Assembly (NCBI GenBank): GCA_029562645.1
Contig: JAKQUI010000005.1
Location: 7,961-71,960, forward strand
DNA: 64,000 nucleotides
From: Spirochaetota bacterium
GTDB taxonomy: Bacteria > Spirochaetota > UBA4802 > JAKQUI01
Direction: 5' to 3'
Shown: piece by piece, positions 32,029 to 41,844 of the stretch
How the letters are laid out: each line of letters starts with the position of its first letter
Position numbering within the stretch: position 1 is the stretch's first letter
The notes under the pieces: model-generated
What the model was told of the DNA's origin: nothing
Databases searched by the model: none
What the model saw: the letters and a program-made list of their open reading frames with translations, nothing else
Translations under genes and position numbers: made by a program

Positions 32029-33188
32029 AACTCGATGCTCAGAAAGGCGATGTCGTCCTTTCGGCGGTCCAGCGACGTGAACGATTGCAATTCTGCGAGC
32101 AGCCCCTCGCAGAAGTCGTCGCCGTGCAGGTCGCCGCGCGCCTTCATGAAGGCGCCGATGCGTCCCTCGCCGAACTCCTCGTTCTCGGCGTTTCGCACCT
32201 CGGAGATCCCGTCGGTGTATAGGAAGAGGCGGTCGCCCGGTTCCACGCGCAACGCCTTCTCGCCGTAGTTCGCGTCGTCGGCGATGCCCACGAAGAGGCC
32301 GTCGGTGTCCAACAGGAGCACGGCGTTCTTGCTCTTTCGGAAGTACAGCGCGCGGGTGTGGCCGGCATTGGTGAAGTGGATCGTGTTCTCGGCGGGATGA
32401 TAGATCACGTAAAACGCCGTGATGTACTGGTTGTCGAGCAGGAGGCCCTTCATCTCGCGGTTCACGGCGGCCAGAAGCTCGCTCGTTGAGCCGATGTTCG
32501 CGGCGTAGATGCTGAAGATCATCTTGGACATGGACATGACCAGGGCCGCCGGGATGCCGTGGCCGGTCACGTCGGCGATGAGCATGCCGACCGAGCCGTC
32601 GGGGAGCGTGTAGCAGTCGAAGTAGTCGCCGCCGATGTCCTCGATCGGGAGATACCGTCCGCTGATGGTCGGATAGGAGATCTGCGCAAAGCTTTTCGGG
32701 ATGATGAACTGCTGGACCTTCTTGGCGATCTCCAGCTCTTTTTTGATCTGCAGGTTTTTCGCGAAGAGCTCGTCGTGGGCGCGCTTGAGCTTGAGCAGCG
32801 AATTGACCCGGGCGACCAGCTCCTTCTCGTTGAGCGGCTTGAGCAGGAAGTCGTCGGCGCCGATGGACAGCCCCTTGATCTTCGAGTTGAGATCGTCCGA
32901 GCCGGTCATCAGGATCACCGGGATGAACTCATCGCGCACGTGGTCCTTGAAGCGCTCCAAGAACCCGAACCCGTCAAGGTTGGGCATGATGATGTCGACC
33001 AGGATGAGATCGAACCGCCGCCGCGCGAGGATGTCGAGCCCCTCCTGGCCGTCGGCCGCCTCGGTCACGGCGATGTTCATGCGGTCGAGCGTTTTGCGGA
33101 CGATGGCGCGGTTCAGACGGGTATCGTCGATAACGAGGATTTCCCAGGGGGTCTCTTTCTGGAGATAATCGTTGATGAGCATGGCCAT
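32025..33188 (-). CDS. response-regulator receiver fused to a PP2C/SpoIIE phosphatase (RsbU-like)
   Basis: Start at MAMLINDY. REC domain with ILVIDD...DLILVDIIMPNLDG. PPM domain with GGDYFD, DVTGHG, YTDGISE. Confidence 0.8.
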   Translation of the reverse strand: MAMLINDYLQKETPWEILVIDDTRLNRAIVRKTLDRMNIAVTEAADGQEGLDILARRRFDLILVDIIMPNLDGFGFLERFKDHVRDEFIPVILMTGSDDLNSKIKGLSIGADDFLLKPLNEKELVARVNSLLKLKRAHDELFAKNLQIKKELEIAKKVQQFIIPKSFAQISYPTISGRYLPIEDIGGDYFDCYTLPDGSVGMLIADVTGHGIPAALVMSMSKMIFSIYAANIGSTSELLAAVNREMKGLLLDNQYITAFYVIYHPAENTIHFTNAGHTRALYFRKSKNAVLLLDTDGLFVGIADDANYGEKALRVEPGDRLFLYTDGISEVRNAENEEFGEGRIGAFMKARGDLHGDDFCEGLLAELQSFTSLDRRKDDIAFLSIEF

Positions 33189-33485
33189 GCGTGGTACCGT
33201 TGTGCTCCCGCGTCGTGACGGTGCAACCGTAGTCGCGTAAAACGAAAGTTCAATTAAAATATTGCGCCGGGGGAAAAAAACGAACAGCCCCCTGGGGATT
33301 GTAATTGACAAAGACCGCCCCTGCCGAGGCATGCTGTCCCGTCGCACAAATGATTGAATCGAGGGGTGCACCGTGAGCAAACAGTACAACCCCGGCGAAA
33401 AGCGCAAGCGCGCGAAGCGCCGGCTCAAGCGGAAAAAGCAGAAACAACACGAGCAGCGCAAGCAGGGAAAATAGCGACCGCCGCA

Positions 33486-36400
33486 TCAGCGCCGGATAAT
33501 GATGCTGTGCCGCTCCGCCGTTTTCAACGCAACGCAGAATTTTACGAAATCTTGATACTCGCCCGGCTCGATACGGGCGCGCGAAAAGCGAACGGATTTC
33601 ACGACCCGCAGGGTGCGTGAACCCTTCGCTTTTTTTATGTCGATGCGGGCGTGCCCGTGGCGGGCCGTGAGCCGCACCTCGCGCTCGACGACGGCGTCGG
33701 CAAATCGATCGGGCAGGGTGAACTCGTAAGCGTCGTCCTCGCTGATGGCGTGCCGGATGACCAGGGGCGTCTCGCGCCGTTCGTAGTGGAGATAGTCGAG
33801 CACGCGGCTCGACTGCGACATCGGCTGCAGGATGATGCGGTCGTGGCCGACCGTCGCGAACGAGTCGCAGCGGCCGCGCGCCGCAATCACGAACGGACGT
33901 GAGTATTCGCGAAGGTTCGACAGGCGGAACTCGTCGATGCTCATCGAGGGGAACATCCCGCCCAGGACGGCGTTGACGCGATCCTCGCGGTAGGTCGCAT
34001 TCATGAAATCGCGCCGCATCGACCCGGTACGGCCCTCGTAGGCCACCTCGGCGTCGATGGCGGCGTCTCCCGCATCCGAGATCGTAATGCGATACCTGCC
34101 CGCAATCCCGCCGGGCGTCGTGTCGCGGACGGTCCGATGCTCGAACCCGTTTTTCAAAAGCACCAGGGCCTCGACGCCCGCCAGCTCCTCGGGGACCGCC
34201 CCGCAGGGGGCATGGCGGCCGGTGAAATCGAGCCACAACGACTCGCGCCCGTCCAGCGGGACGTAGAGGAGCGCGTGGGTGAACGCGTCCGGGGACATGA
34301 AGGCGCCCGTCGGCGGCAGGTGCGCATCGCGCGCGACGGCGATGAAGGACCGAATCCCCAGTCCCGCCAGGAGCGATTTCGCGAGTACCGCCTTGTCCTC
34401 CGGCGTGCCGCGCATCCGCATGAGGGTGTTTTCCGCCGGCTCCGGGTGGTACAGAACATTGCGCAGCGTGTCCATCTCTCGCGCCGTGAATTCGTACACG
34501 CGATCGACCGTTTCGCGCAGCGTGGGGGCCGCAAAACGACGCGCCGCCGCGGGGTCGATTCGCTCCGCGTTCGCTATGATGCCTCCGTACCAGGTGACGA
34601 AGTCGGAGGCGTCGCGCATGCTCGAAAAAGCGTAGTGCGGAAGTCGCCCGATGCCGGGGCCGCTGTCGTATTCGCGCCGGACCGCCGGGAGGTCGGTGAG
34701 CGTGATCGCGTGGCGGACGCCGCCGGCGACCGCGGTGCGCTCCCGCACGCCCTCGCGGTTGCATACGAGCGTGATCTCCTGTCCTGCGGGGGACGTGACG
34801 CTGATATCGCAGCGGTCCACCGGCTCATCGAACCCCGACAGCGCCGTCAGGGGGATGGAGAAGAAGCTCGAATTGCGCGGCTCGGTCACCGGAAAATCGA
34901 CCACATAGGCGATATGCACCACCGAGCCGATCGAGAGCGACGAAAGATTGAGATAATTGGTCCCGTTGATCTTCTCGATGCGATGGGAATCGCTGAAGCT
35001 CCCATCGGCGTGGTACACCCGCGCCCGCACCGGGTGGAGCGTTCCCGCGAAGGCGATCTCGTACTCGCCCCAGCGTTCGAGCTGCTTCCGGTCTTTCACC
35101 AGATACACGTCCTCGCACAAGACGCGGCTTCCCCCGTCGGCCATGAGGTGGAAAAACCGGCCGCGGTATAGGATGCGCGAGGGGCGCGATTCGGTGTCGG
35201 CGGATACGCCGCGCAGGATCGCGTCCTCGGCGCCGCCGATCCCGTTTCGAGCGAACGGGCTCTCGATCCGCTGGCGCGCCAGGTACGACATGAGCTCGGT
35301 CATGGTGAACAGGGACGGCTTGAGCGCGAGCATCTTGTCCCAGTGCGCCGACGGGTCGGCGCCGCGCCGGTAGTAGAGCTCGCCGAGCTTCAGGAGCAGA
35401 TACGGGTCCTCGCGGCGCGACAGGGCGTCGATGATGGCCGCGCGGGCGCCGGGCTCGTCGCCCTTCGCGATATACGCGTCGATGAGCTCGGCGATCAGCT
35501 CGCCCTCGGGATCGCGCGATCGAAGGAGGCTCACGATCTCCTGGTGCGCGCCGCGGTTTTTGTACAGGCGGACGAGCGCGGTGAGGTCGCTGCGGTCGTT
35601 CCGAGCCGCGAGCGCGACGCGCAGAGCGTCTTCGGCGGCGCGTGGATTTTTCGCGCGGACATGGGACGCGAACAGGCGGTGCGGCGCGGGCGACGACGGA
35701 AAGGCCAGGCGAAACGAGCGAAGCGCATCGTCGAATTCTGTATCATATCCGAGCTCGGAGAGGAAGCGCGCATGGGCGACCCGGGCCGGCAGATAGCGGG
35801 GCGCATCGGCGATGAGGTCGCGTCCCGTGCGGAACGCACCGCGATAATCGCGGCGCTCACGCTCCCGCTGGAAGCGCCTGAAGCGCGCCGGCGCGAAGTC
35901 GGGATGCTCGCGATTGAGCGATTCGTACAGGGTCCACCCCTCGCTGGCGAGGGCGCTCGCGGCGTTCTCCCCGTAGGCGATCAGCGCCGCGGCGAGGGTG
36001 AAGCGATATACGGGGTCGGGACGCCGGGCGATGGCGGCGCGATAGTGCGCGATCGATTCACGGCTGTTCAGCTCGTCATAGTAGGTGCCGAGCGCGAAGT
36101 GGGACTCGGCGGTGTCGGACCGGAGGCGCTCGACGAGTGCGGGAAACGGGACGTCGGGCTCCTCGATGCAGGCGGCCTCGTCAGTGCTCGTCTCGTCGGG
36201 ACGGGCCGTCGTCGGAACGATCGCGTCGTTCGCATCGGTCACCAGGACGCGAAAGCGCCAGTCGCCCTTTTTCATCACTTTGAGGAGCAGCGAGATGCGG
36301 CGCGGGCCCTCGACGCGGAGGACGCGCAGGTTTCGCGAGGTCCCGGACGGGTGATTGCGGACCGCCTCGCGGCCGTTCACGAAGAGCGTGTACGGGCCCT

Positions 36401-37082
36401 CGGCGTAGACGCGGACCTTCACCGGACCCGGCGCGACGATGGTGGTCGCCGCGTAGGCGACGCCGTCATCGGGATAGAGGTAGCGCGAGAGGTCCACCGC
36501 CCCCGAGGCGGCATCGACACGGACGATCTTTCGATGCACCGATGCGTCGCTGAGTTTGATGGAGAGCTCGGGCGGGAAGGGGTGGCGAAGGTCGGCGTCG
36601 CCAAACCGGTAGTAGGGGCCGATGAGCGTCCAGGTGCGCACGGGAGACAGGCGGGCCGACACCGCGGCGGCACGCGTGCGATCGAACTGATAGAGCGCCC
36701 GCTCCAGTTCAACCATGAGCGTGAGGCGCGCGATGTTCCGGTGCGGCCCCCCACCGCGCTCGACCGCCGCGATCAGTTTCTCCAGCGTCGCTGCGACGCG
36801 CGCGGGCCCGTGCACATCGGCAAGGCGCGCCAGATCATAATAATATAGGAACGATTCGAAACGGTCGGGAAACGCCGTGAGCAGGCGCTCGATCGCATCG
36901 TACAGCGCGACGTAATCGCCCGAGGAAAACGCCGCGTTAACGGCGCGCTCGAGCTCGGAAAAGGCGTGCGGCGCATCGGGAGCGGCCGTTGCGGCGCGGG
37001 CCGGCGATATCGTGACGAGCGCGATGAGGAAGAACGTAGCGAGCGCGAGAAGGAAGTGGCGCGCGCGACGATGTATGTTCAT
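33486..37082 (-). CDS. large secreted TPR / DUF3857 / transglutaminase-like protein, catalytic Cys replaced by Thr (probable pseudoenzyme)
   Basis: Signal peptide. The core reads RGTPEDKAVLAKSLLAGLGIRSFIA instead of GDC.D. His (FTHALLYV) and Asp (LWLDFTG) are still present. Same overall architecture as 38056..41736. Start at MNIHRR (ATG) 5 nt after the ADH stop. Confidence 0.55.
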   Translation of the reverse strand: MNIHRRARHFLLALATFFLIALVTISPARAATAAPDAPHAFSELERAVNAAFSSGDYVALYDAIERLLTAFPDRFESFLYYYDLARLADVHGPARVAATLEKLIAAVERGGGPHRNIARLTLMVELERALYQFDRTRAAAVSARLSPVRTWTLIGPYYRFGDADLRHPFPPELSIKLSDASVHRKIVRVDAASGAVDLSRYLYPDDGVAYAATTIVAPGPVKVRVYAEGPYTLFVNGREAVRNHPSGTSRNLRVLRVEGPRRISLLLKVMKKGDWRFRVLVTDANDAIVPTTARPDETSTDEAACIEEPDVPFPALVERLRSDTAESHFALGTYYDELNSRESIAHYRAAIARRPDPVYRFTLAAALIAYGENAASALASEGWTLYESLNREHPDFAPARFRRFQRERERRDYRGAFRTGRDLIADAPRYLPARVAHARFLSELGYDTEFDDALRSFRLAFPSSPAPHRLFASHVRAKNPRAAEDALRVALAARNDRSDLTALVRLYKNRGAHQEIVSLLRSRDPEGELIAELIDAYIAKGDEPGARAAIIDALSRREDPYLLLKLGELYYRRGADPSAHWDKMLALKPSLFTMTELMSYLARQRIESPFARNGIGGAEDAILRGVSADTESRPSRILYRGRFFHLMADGGSRVLCEDVYLVKDRKQLERWGEYEIAFAGTLHPVRARVYHADGSFSDSHRIEKINGTNYLNLSSLSIGSVVHIAYVVDFPVTEPRNSSFFSIPLTALSGFDEPVDRCDISVTSPAGQEITLVCNREGVRERTAVAGGVRHAITLTDLPAVRREYDSGPGIGRLPHYAFSSMRDASDFVTWYGGIIANAERIDPAAARRFAAPTLRETVDRVYEFTAREMDTLRNVLYHPEPAENTLMRMRGTPEDKAVLAKSLLAGLGIRSFIAVARDAHLPPTGAFMSPDAFTHALLYVPLDGRESLWLDFTGRHAPCGAVPEELAGVEALVLLKNGFEHRTVRDTTPGGIAGRYRITISDAGDAAIDAEVAYEGRTGSMRRDFMNATYREDRVNAVLGGMFPSMSIDEFRLSNLREYSRPFVIAARGRCDSFATVGHDRIILQPMSQSSRVLDYLHYERRETPLVIRHAISEDDAYEFTLPDRFADAVVEREVRLTARHGHARIDIKKAKGSRTLRVVKSVRFSRARIEPGEYQDFVKFCVALKTAERHSIIIRR

Positions 37083-37087
37083 GCGAT

Positions 37088-38059
37088 TCACCGGGTGCAC
37101 TCCACGACATATTTTTTATACGTACCGGACAGGTCCGACAGGACGCGCGCCGCCTCCTCGAGGGAGATCACGGCCTCGACGAAGGGGAGCGGATCGACGA
37201 GCCCCTGCGCGAGAAGCTCGATCGCCGGCGCGAACGGGCCGCAACGGGTGCCGATCACGGTGATCTCGTCCACCACGACGCGGTTGAAGTCGACCGTGAG
37301 CGCCCCGGCGAAGGTGCTCTTGGCGAACAGCGTCCCGAGCGGTTCGATATGGTCGAGCGCCAGCGAAAACCCGCCCGGCGTGCCCGATGCCTCCACGACC
37401 ACCGGAAAGCGCGACCGGTCATCGCCGACGCCGTCGCGATGCGAGCGCAGCGAGATCCTCGGATAGCGCTCGCCGAAGATGCGCATCTTGTCGTCGTGCT
37501 TTCCGATCAGCGTGACGGCGTTCCCGCGCAGCGAGAGAACCCCGACGATGAGGTACGAGAGGATGCCGTCGCCGATCACCAGGACCGAAAGCTCGGGGGC
37601 GAACGGGCGCACCGAGACGATCTCGAGCGCGGCGGCCAGCGGTTCGATAAAGGCGCCATGCACCGGGGAGAGCCCTTCGGGAAGGACGTATAGATTGCGC
37701 GCCGGGAGCGTGGCGTATTCGGCCATCACGCCGTCCTTGCGGAAGATGCCCAGCGTCGTTCGAGTGGGGCAGTGATGATACCGACCCTGCGCGCACGTCG
37801 GACAGTCGTGGCAGGCGAGGTTGATGTCGCCGGTGACGCTCGCGCCGACGAGCGACGGATCGTCGGTCTCGACGACCGTGCCGATGAACTCATGTCCCGG
37901 AATGCCGGTAAATCGCATGTAGCCGCGGGCGATCTCGCGATCGGTCCGGCACACCCCGGCGTAGCGGACCCGGATGAGGGCCTCCCCGGCGGTGCGGACG
38001 GGCTCCGGGAGATCGGTGCGGTATCGCATCGTCGTTCCATCGAAGTGGATCCCCTTCAT
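37088..38059 (-). CDS. zinc-dependent alcohol dehydrogenase (medium-chain dehydrogenase/reductase family)
   Basis: GVCRTD and GHEFIG catalytic-zinc motifs. Structural-zinc Cys cluster CHDCPTC. Rossmann VIGDGILS. ATGA overlap with the upstream gene. Confidence 0.8.
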   Translation of the reverse strand: MKGIHFDGTTMRYRTDLPEPVRTAGEALIRVRYAGVCRTDREIARGYMRFTGIPGHEFIGTVVETDDPSLVGASVTGDINLACHDCPTCAQGRYHHCPTRTTLGIFRKDGVMAEYATLPARNLYVLPEGLSPVHGAFIEPLAAALEIVSVRPFAPELSVLVIGDGILSYLIVGVLSLRGNAVTLIGKHDDKMRIFGERYPRISLRSHRDGVGDDRSRFPVVVEASGTPGGFSLALDHIEPLGTLFAKSTFAGALTVDFNRVVVDEITVIGTRCGPFAPAIELLAQGLVDPLPFVEAVISLEEAARVLSDLSGTYKKYVVECTR

Positions 38060-41000
38060 GGGCCGTTCCTCCGGATGATGATCTTTTCGTTCTCCTTCCG
38101 GTTCACGAAACGGGTGAAATCGCGAAACCGCGCATAGGACCCGATGGGAATCCGATGGGCCTTGAAGGCGATGTGCGATACAACCTCGATCACGCCCTCG
38201 CGCGCGACGAACCGGAATCGCGCCTCGCAGTCGTCGGTAACGAATTGCTCGCTTTTCGGGACCGAGACCGGGGAAAACCCCTGCGGCAGATGATACCGGA
38301 TGACGGTGTCGCTGGAGAAGGTCGTGGTGAACACGACGGGGTGCGTCCGCGAGCGAAGCATGGCGTACGTGCTGTAGTAGTTCGATGCGGAGAAAAACGG
38401 GCCAAAGACCATCTCGGCGCCGTCGGTCTCCAGGAAGGAGGGGACCGTAATGGTGTACCGGTACACCATCGGCTCATCGGGTTCGGCGGCGCCGTACTCC
38501 GGGGGCGAAATCGTCGCGCCCGGAAAGCGCTCGTTCCAGTAGGCCGAGATCGACGCGCGCTTCTTCTCGCGGTCCTGGAGCTCGGACCGGGACCCCACCG
38601 CGTATGATCCGCGCTTCGAGAGCGTGCGGACGATGCGCGCATCGCCGGCGGGCGTCAGGTACACGTCGTTTGTCACATCGTCGCGGTTCTCGGCGTAGCG
38701 GCGGTGCGCGGTGTCGATGAACCGGTATCGCCGATCGCCCACGACGAATGCGGTGATTGCGCGGTCGGTCGACGGCAGCTCGCTCATGCCGGCGAGCTTC
38801 GCGGTCCCGTCGAGGAACAGGGGGCCGTTCGCATCGACGTGGCATATCGCGTGGTTGAAATCGCCCAGGTAGGGGACCGCGAGGTTGGCCGGGCCGTTGT
38901 CCCGGGTGCGGACCAGCGCCAGGTTCGCGTCGATTCCAGCGGCGCGCAGGAAGGCCGCGAGCACCAGGGAGATGTCCTTACAGTCGCCCATGCGGGTGTG
39001 ATAGGTCTGGTCGGCATGGCGCGGTCGGATGCCACCGATGCCCAGCTCGAAGCCCACGTAGCGGATATGCGCGTTCACGTGGTTGTAGATGCGGCGGATC
39101 GTATCGTCGCGACCGGACGCGCCGGCCACCGCTGTTCGCAGCGCATCGCGCATCTCGGCGCTCATCGTCATGCGGTCCTTCACCAGCGAACGGTACCAGC
39201 CGTGCGCCTCCGTCCAGTTTCGGAAGGTCGTAAAATAGAGCATCGGGACCAGCTGGCTGCGGTGGGGCATCAGCGACTCCTTCTTGTACGGGGCGCGGTC
39301 GCGAAGATGGAGCCGATGGACGGTATCGGCGGGACCGACCGTTGTGGCAATCGGCGATCCGTCGATCCCGCGCAGGTGCGGATAGACCGATTTGTCGCGC
39401 GGATGCGCAAGGACGCAGTTGAACACCAGGGTCCGGTGCTCGCCGCCGACGGGAATGCGCTCGCCGAAATAGCCCTTGTATATCTCCCCCACGCGACTGA
39501 TGCGGGTATAGCGCAGATCGATGATGCTCCCCGGCCCCAGCGAGGGCAGGGGGATCACCTTCGCCTTCACGTCATAGAAGAGCCGGCTCTCGGGATCGGA
39601 AAGGGAGCGGTCGTAGAAGGCGGTCACGGCGGTGCGGGTCCCGTCGTTGATCACCCCACAGTCGATGTCCTCGATGGAATCCGTCTCCGGTGAATACACG
39701 ATGTACTGACGCGTAAACTCGTCGAGGGCGCTCCGGTCGTTGATGAGAACGGCCTTCCGGACCCGGTGCTCGTAGGACCCGTCGGGGAGGACCCGTATCA
39801 TCGTCTCGTCGATGAGGATTACGGCGGCCTCGTCTCGGTGCCGCGCGGCGGCGCGCGCAAGGTCGCGGATATCGTCGCGGACCGCATGGCCGTCAAGCGG
39901 ATCGGGCCGGTTTTCGATGATGGTCAGATAGCGCTTGAGCGCAACGTTTCCCTGGTCGTGACGAAGGGCGCGCGCAAGATAGTGACGCGCGAGGGCGTCG
40001 TTTCCCAGCCGGTGGTACACCAGCCCAAGGCGCATGAGGGCGCCTGCGTGCTGCGGCGCGCGCTGGAGGAGCGCGCCGAGATAGGGAACCGCCGCACCCG
40101 GACCCTGGGTCTGCTCGATGATGTCGATCAGGCGAATCAGCGTGTTCGGATCGTCAGGATACAGGACCAGCGAGTGGGTGAGGACCGACGTGGCGCGGTC
40201 CAGGTCGCCGGTCGCGGTGAGGCAGCGCACGAGCCGGTCGATCACGACGGGATTGCCCCGCTCCCGATTGTAGTGCCATTCGATGCTCGGCAGCGCCGCG
40301 GCGTTGTCGCCGCGCGAGAGGTGCATGATGCCCTCAATGGCGCGTCCCGTCGAGGGATACCGGGAGCGCTGCGCCTCGCGCGCCAGCCGCAGGCCCTCGG
40401 TGTGCCAGCCCAGCGCCTCGAAAAGCCGCGCCGAAACGATCGGGTATTTGAATGACGCCCGGTTCTCGCGACCGATCGCCTCAATCAGCGGCGCGGCTTC
40501 GTAGAGAAAGCCGGTGCGGATCTTGCCGTGCGCAAGCTCCGTGAGCGCCTCGATGTGGTCCTTGTGCGCGCGCAGGCATTCGTGAAGATGCGCCTCGCGT
40601 TGTTCCGCGGTCTTTTCGATCATCGCCAGATACCAGCGCGCGGGAACCGGCACTGCGAGCGAGCGCTGGAAGAGCGCGCGCACCTCCTCGATGGACTTCC
40701 CGGCAAGCCCGGTGGCCTGGAGCAGGTACCCGAGGCGAAAGGCGGCCATTGGATCTTGCGCCGCGAAATTGGAGAGCCCGGCGGCGGAGGGAAACAGCGA
40801 CGAGGATACCGCCGCAGGAGCGCTTCCGCGCTCGATCGCGGTGTGCGGCGATACGGGTGCGGGTACCGCTCGGCCGTCAGCGTCGGTCAGCCGAAGGGAA
40901 ACCCGGATGCCGTCTCCATCGGCGGCGCCGATCTTGACCAGAATCGCGTGCGCGCCTTTCGTGAGACGGGCAGAGATCCGGTACTGGTCGTGAAAGAAGG

Positions 41001-41736
41001 AATGCTCGCGCCGGTTCGAAAAGACCCGCGTCCCGTCGATCCAGATATCGCAATAGCCCGTCTTTCCCACGAAGAGCTGATAGGCGCCGTCGGCCGGGAC
41101 GGAGCGGACGGTCCGCAGCAGCACAAAGGTATTGTCGATGTCCTTGAAATAGTTGTTGATGGTGAACACGCCGGTGAGTCCCGTGCGGGCGGGAAACCAG
41201 CGCGCCTCCCCGGAGCGCCCCCGCGATGCTGGCGGATCGAACGGGCGCTGCGCGTTGACCGGCATGGCATTGAAGTCGGCGCCGCCCCGATTATGGAAGG
41301 GACCAATAACGTCGCACGAGGTCAGGAAGCCGAGGCCGTCGATCGCACTCGTCACGGCGGAGCCTGATCCGCGGCGAAGCTCGAGCTGCGCGCGGAGCGT
41401 GGCGGCGCGCGCCCGGAGAACGGCGCTGGCGAGGAGCGCGGGAGCGGCCGACTCGGCGCGCGCGAGGGCGGCGATGGCGGAATCGACGAGCTCGACGGTC
41501 TCGGCAAGCTCGAAGAGGCGCACAAGCTCGATTTCGGCCCGGATGGGATCGTCGTGCCGCATGATGCGATCGCTCGCGATCTCGAGCGCGCGATCGTAAT
41601 TCCCCAGGCGCTTCTGGCGGAAGTATTCGGACTCGTCGTCGGGTTGGGCGTGGGCCACAGCGCCGTGCGCGAGCGCGATCGCGCAGAGAAGGACGACGAT
41701 GCAGGCACGGGCGATGTGTCGTGGCGGTCGCGGCAT
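38056..41736 (-). CDS. large secreted TPR / DUF3857 / transglutaminase-like protein with an intact Cys-His-Asp triad
   Basis: Signal peptide MPRPPRHIARACIVVLLCAIALAHG. N-terminal TPR-like helical repeats. Core MGDCKDISLVLAAFLRAAGI with NHAICHV and LFLDGT. C-terminal beta-rich region. Confidence 0.6.
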   Translation of the reverse strand: MPRPPRHIARACIVVLLCAIALAHGAVAHAQPDDESEYFRQKRLGNYDRALEIASDRIMRHDDPIRAEIELVRLFELAETVELVDSAIAALARAESAAPALLASAVLRARAATLRAQLELRRGSGSAVTSAIDGLGFLTSCDVIGPFHNRGGADFNAMPVNAQRPFDPPASRGRSGEARWFPARTGLTGVFTINNYFKDIDNTFVLLRTVRSVPADGAYQLFVGKTGYCDIWIDGTRVFSNRREHSFFHDQYRISARLTKGAHAILVKIGAADGDGIRVSLRLTDADGRAVPAPVSPHTAIERGSAPAAVSSSLFPSAAGLSNFAAQDPMAAFRLGYLLQATGLAGKSIEEVRALFQRSLAVPVPARWYLAMIEKTAEQREAHLHECLRAHKDHIEALTELAHGKIRTGFLYEAAPLIEAIGRENRASFKYPIVSARLFEALGWHTEGLRLAREAQRSRYPSTGRAIEGIMHLSRGDNAAALPSIEWHYNRERGNPVVIDRLVRCLTATGDLDRATSVLTHSLVLYPDDPNTLIRLIDIIEQTQGPGAAVPYLGALLQRAPQHAGALMRLGLVYHRLGNDALARHYLARALRHDQGNVALKRYLTIIENRPDPLDGHAVRDDIRDLARAAARHRDEAAVILIDETMIRVLPDGSYEHRVRKAVLINDRSALDEFTRQYIVYSPETDSIEDIDCGVINDGTRTAVTAFYDRSLSDPESRLFYDVKAKVIPLPSLGPGSIIDLRYTRISRVGEIYKGYFGERIPVGGEHRTLVFNCVLAHPRDKSVYPHLRGIDGSPIATTVGPADTVHRLHLRDRAPYKKESLMPHRSQLVPMLYFTTFRNWTEAHGWYRSLVKDRMTMSAEMRDALRTAVAGASGRDDTIRRIYNHVNAHIRYVGFELGIGGIRPRHADQTYHTRMGDCKDISLVLAAFLRAAGIDANLALVRTRDNGPANLAVPYLGDFNHAICHVDANGPLFLDGTAKLAGMSELPSTDRAITAFVVGDRRYRFIDTAHRRYAENRDDVTNDVYLTPAGDARIVRTLSKRGSYAVGSRSELQDREKKRASISAYWNERFPGATISPPEYGAAEPDEPMVYRYTITVPSFLETDGAEMVFGPFFSASNYYSTYAMLRSRTHPVVFTTTFSSDTVIRYHLPQGFSPVSVPKSEQFVTDDCEARFRFVAREGVIEVVSHIAFKAHRIPIGSYARFRDFTRFVNRKENEKIIIRRNGP

Positions 41737-41844
41737 GATAGAGCGGTGCGTTCGAACGCGTCTCCCCGGGAAAAAATTATGTTTGAATAGAGCGGCCGGG
41801 CGGATAATATTCAACCATAATTTCTTTACGATCATCATCGAGCC

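Noticed and set aside
33250-34764. 504-aa Arg-rich minus-strand ORF overlapping the 3' part of the large transglutaminase-like gene in another frame
   Set aside because: Poly-Arg/Pro/Gly composition. The overlapping frame 33486..37082 has coherent domain structure.
34137-41599. Multiple 100-500-aa plus-strand ORFs (for example 35343..36848, 38704..39693, 40528..41367) across the transglutaminase-ADH operon
   Set aside because: All antisense to long, domain-bearing minus-strand genes. Typical GC-rich open frames.
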